In this document: one piece after another, positions 61,590-64,000 of the stretch
How the letters are laid out: every line of letters begins with the position of its first letter
Numbering within the stretch: the stretch's first letter is position 1
Assembly (NCBI RefSeq): GCF_006345805.1
Contig: NC_043007.1
Coordinates: 41,788,001 to 41,852,000 of the forward strand
DNA length: 64,000 nucleotides
DNA from: Octopus sinensis
Taxonomy: Eukaryota
Direction of reading: 5' to 3'
Made by a program: the position numbers and the translations under genes
Notes under the pieces: generated by a model
Told to the model about the DNA's origin: nothing
What the model saw: only the letters and a program-made list of their open reading frames with translations
Database searches by the model: none

Positions 61590-62650
61590 GCTAGGGCACC
61601 ACCGTTGGCTGTGCTACACCATTATTTGAAACCTCCTCTGAATGAGGAAGTTTGATGCTGTTGCCATCATCTGTGTTTCGTGACAGGAGGAGATCCAGTT
61701 TTGTTTTGAAGACACCTACATTCACAGCATGCAGGTCTCTCAGGCATTTTGGAAAGATACTGAAGAGCTGTGGGCCCTTGAAACTCAAGCTGTTGCAGTA
61801 TATGATCCTATATTTTGATGGTAATGTTGGGATCTTTGGTAGTCTGCTGTTTGTGTAACTTTCAATGCCAAAGTTAGGTACAAGGTCTTCCAGGATTTTC
61901 CAGATGTATATCACTGCATATCTTTTCTGCCTTCACTCCAGGGAGAAAAGTTTTAACTCTTTCAGCTTTTCCCAGGAGCTGATATGTTGCATTGAGATGA
62001 TTTTCTTTGTGTAGCTTTGTTGGATTGCTTTGAGTTCCACCGTTTATTTTGTACTGTGTGCTGACCATAGATGGGAGCAGTAGTCCAAGCACCTGAGGAT
62101 GTATGTCCTCCAAAGGGCCATCATAGTTTCCTTTTCTCTCATTTTGAAAGTTCAGAGGATCCATCCAGCTAGCCATCTGCATTTTATTACCAAATTACTA
62201 ATATGCATCTGCAAAGATGCATCATTGCTCATGCCAATGCCCAGGTTACACATTGATTTTGATTGAGGGATTGCAGTGTATCCTTTGTGTGCTAGCAGTG
62301 CAGGGCTTGGAATTTTCCTGCATTAAACTGCATGTCGTTGCCTTCAGCCTACATATATATTGTGTTCAACTCCCATTGCAGACAGGCAATATTTCCAGGG
62401 TTTAGTAATGTCTGAGAGACTTTTGATTCATCTGCATAGCTAACAAGGGTGGCTATCTGAGCAGCTGAGGGCATGTCTGAGATGGCCTCTATAAATAGTA
62501 GTGGACCTAAGACAGTGCCCATGGAACATCACTCACTATTAGTACTTCCTTTGAGGTAGCTCTATTGGCCACCACTGCCTGATGTCTATCTTTCAGAAAG
62601 TCGTGTAGCCATTCTCCAAATTTTCTGACAATGCCGAGATCATGCAGTTT
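61590..62650 (-). mobile_element. CR1/L2-group LINE RT 3' remnant
   Basis: WLHDFLKDRHQAV, TVLGPLLFI, SYAD, MQFNAGKF, RYAVIYIWKI. Confidence 0.8.
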
Positions 62651-62843
62651 GTGTGTGTGTGTGTGCGCGCGCGCGCACACACACACACACATAGGTTTGG
62701 TGATGTAAACAGGAAAATAAAACTCAAAACATGAGTATATATACATTTTTATCAATAATAGGTTGAAGCCACAGGCCAAGAGTTTCATGCATTGGGACTT
62801 ATCTATATACATACATACATACATGTGTGTTTCATATATCTAT

Positions 62844-62875
<32 letters not shown>

Positions 62876-63399
62876 GTGTGTGTGTATATGTGTATGTATA
62901 TGTGAACGTATGTTTATGTACTGTTACTCTGTCAAAGGTTGTATACATACATACATATTTTTTAATTTTTATTTACATATATATGTGCATACATACATAT
63001 AAATATATACTTAATATATACATATATCTACACACATACTCATACATGCATGCATCTACACACTCATATACACATATTCTCACACAACACACACACATAC
63101 ACACACATACATCTACACATGTGTACATACATATTAATCTATGTACACTCATACAATTATATATAACTACATATATGTATTTCAGTATCATGCATCTCAA
63201 TATGTATGTATGGATTTCTACATGTAAATGAGAGGAAGAGATGATTATAGCTGAGTACTCCCAAGTGGAATCTGGGTGTTACCCCATTCTGATTTATGGT
63301 TGTGGGTGGATTTGTATACCTGTATACAGACAGCTTCAGTGACTTGTCTCAGCATTGCATCAGTGAGATGTGTAGATAAGATGTCTTACCTAAGTCTCC

Positions 63400-63990
63400 C
63401 TAAGAAACCATTGTGGCAGTCTACAACATGCTGATAGAAGATGGTGTTTGTTTTTTTTTTTTTCAATGTAATTATCCAGGTGTTCTTTAAACCTATCATT
63501 GATGCTCCTAGAAGTCTCTCCAATACATGATTCTAGGATAATCACACAAGTCCCTTCTTGGCACTTAATCTGGTATACAGTGTTTTTCTTTTTGCACTTC
63601 ATATGTGGGTTTGTAGAATATACTGCACAATTATTCTGACACGAGATTCTATCAAATGGGTTTGATTTACTTAATACAGATTTGATAGTCCTACCTGTCT
63701 TTTCTACAACTTTGATCTTAAGACCAGTTGTACACAAGATTTTCTTAAATACCCTACTTAATGCGTTCCTAGGTGTAGCATCAACAAACATTACACTGTG
63801 AAGCTTCTTGTTATCATATCAAGTGTCCCTCTCCAACCTATTCTAGAACTTGTTGTGATGTAGGGGACATATGCAGTTTTCGTCATCTCTTAGAATCCGT
63901 TCGAATCTTGTTTTTGCTCCTTTATACACTCTGATTCTATCGTATTGTGTGTATCCGGAATGTTGCATTCATAATATGTAGTGCTAGGTG
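63400..63990 (-). mobile_element. Penelope-like element fragment (linker + GIY-YIG)
   Basis: VMFVDATP..IKVVEKTGRTIK..C..VYQIKC..IGETSRS..RFKEH. Confidence 0.8.
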
Positions 63991-64000
63991 TGTTGTTGTC

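Overview
AT-rich, microsatellite-saturated eukaryotic DNA. The SINE/LINE repertoire and the gene suggest an octopus or other cephalopod, which is an inference from recalled repeat families. One host gene is recognisable: a minus-strand mitochondrial-clan cytochrome P450 resembling molluscan CYP10. It has 11 phase-consistent GT-AG exons at 7702-23715 (about 537 aa), and its first exon could not be located. The rest is transposon-derived: RTE, R4/Dong, Tx1 and CR1-like LINE remnants, tRNA-derived SINEs, Tc1/mariner, piggyBac and hAT remnants, MITEs, Helitrons and several Penelope-like element (PLE) fragments. The main hidden signal is at RNA level. About 15 complete or degenerate minimal type-I hammerhead ribozyme (HHR) motifs, plus several 3' halves, are spread across the window. 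Many sit as mirror-image pairs in fold-back palindromes, and some carry a compensatory U3-A8 core. One PLE family appears to have a 3' terminal repeat built as tRNA-like Pol III head + microsatellite + HHR. Nearly all ORF-track entries are microsatellite translations.
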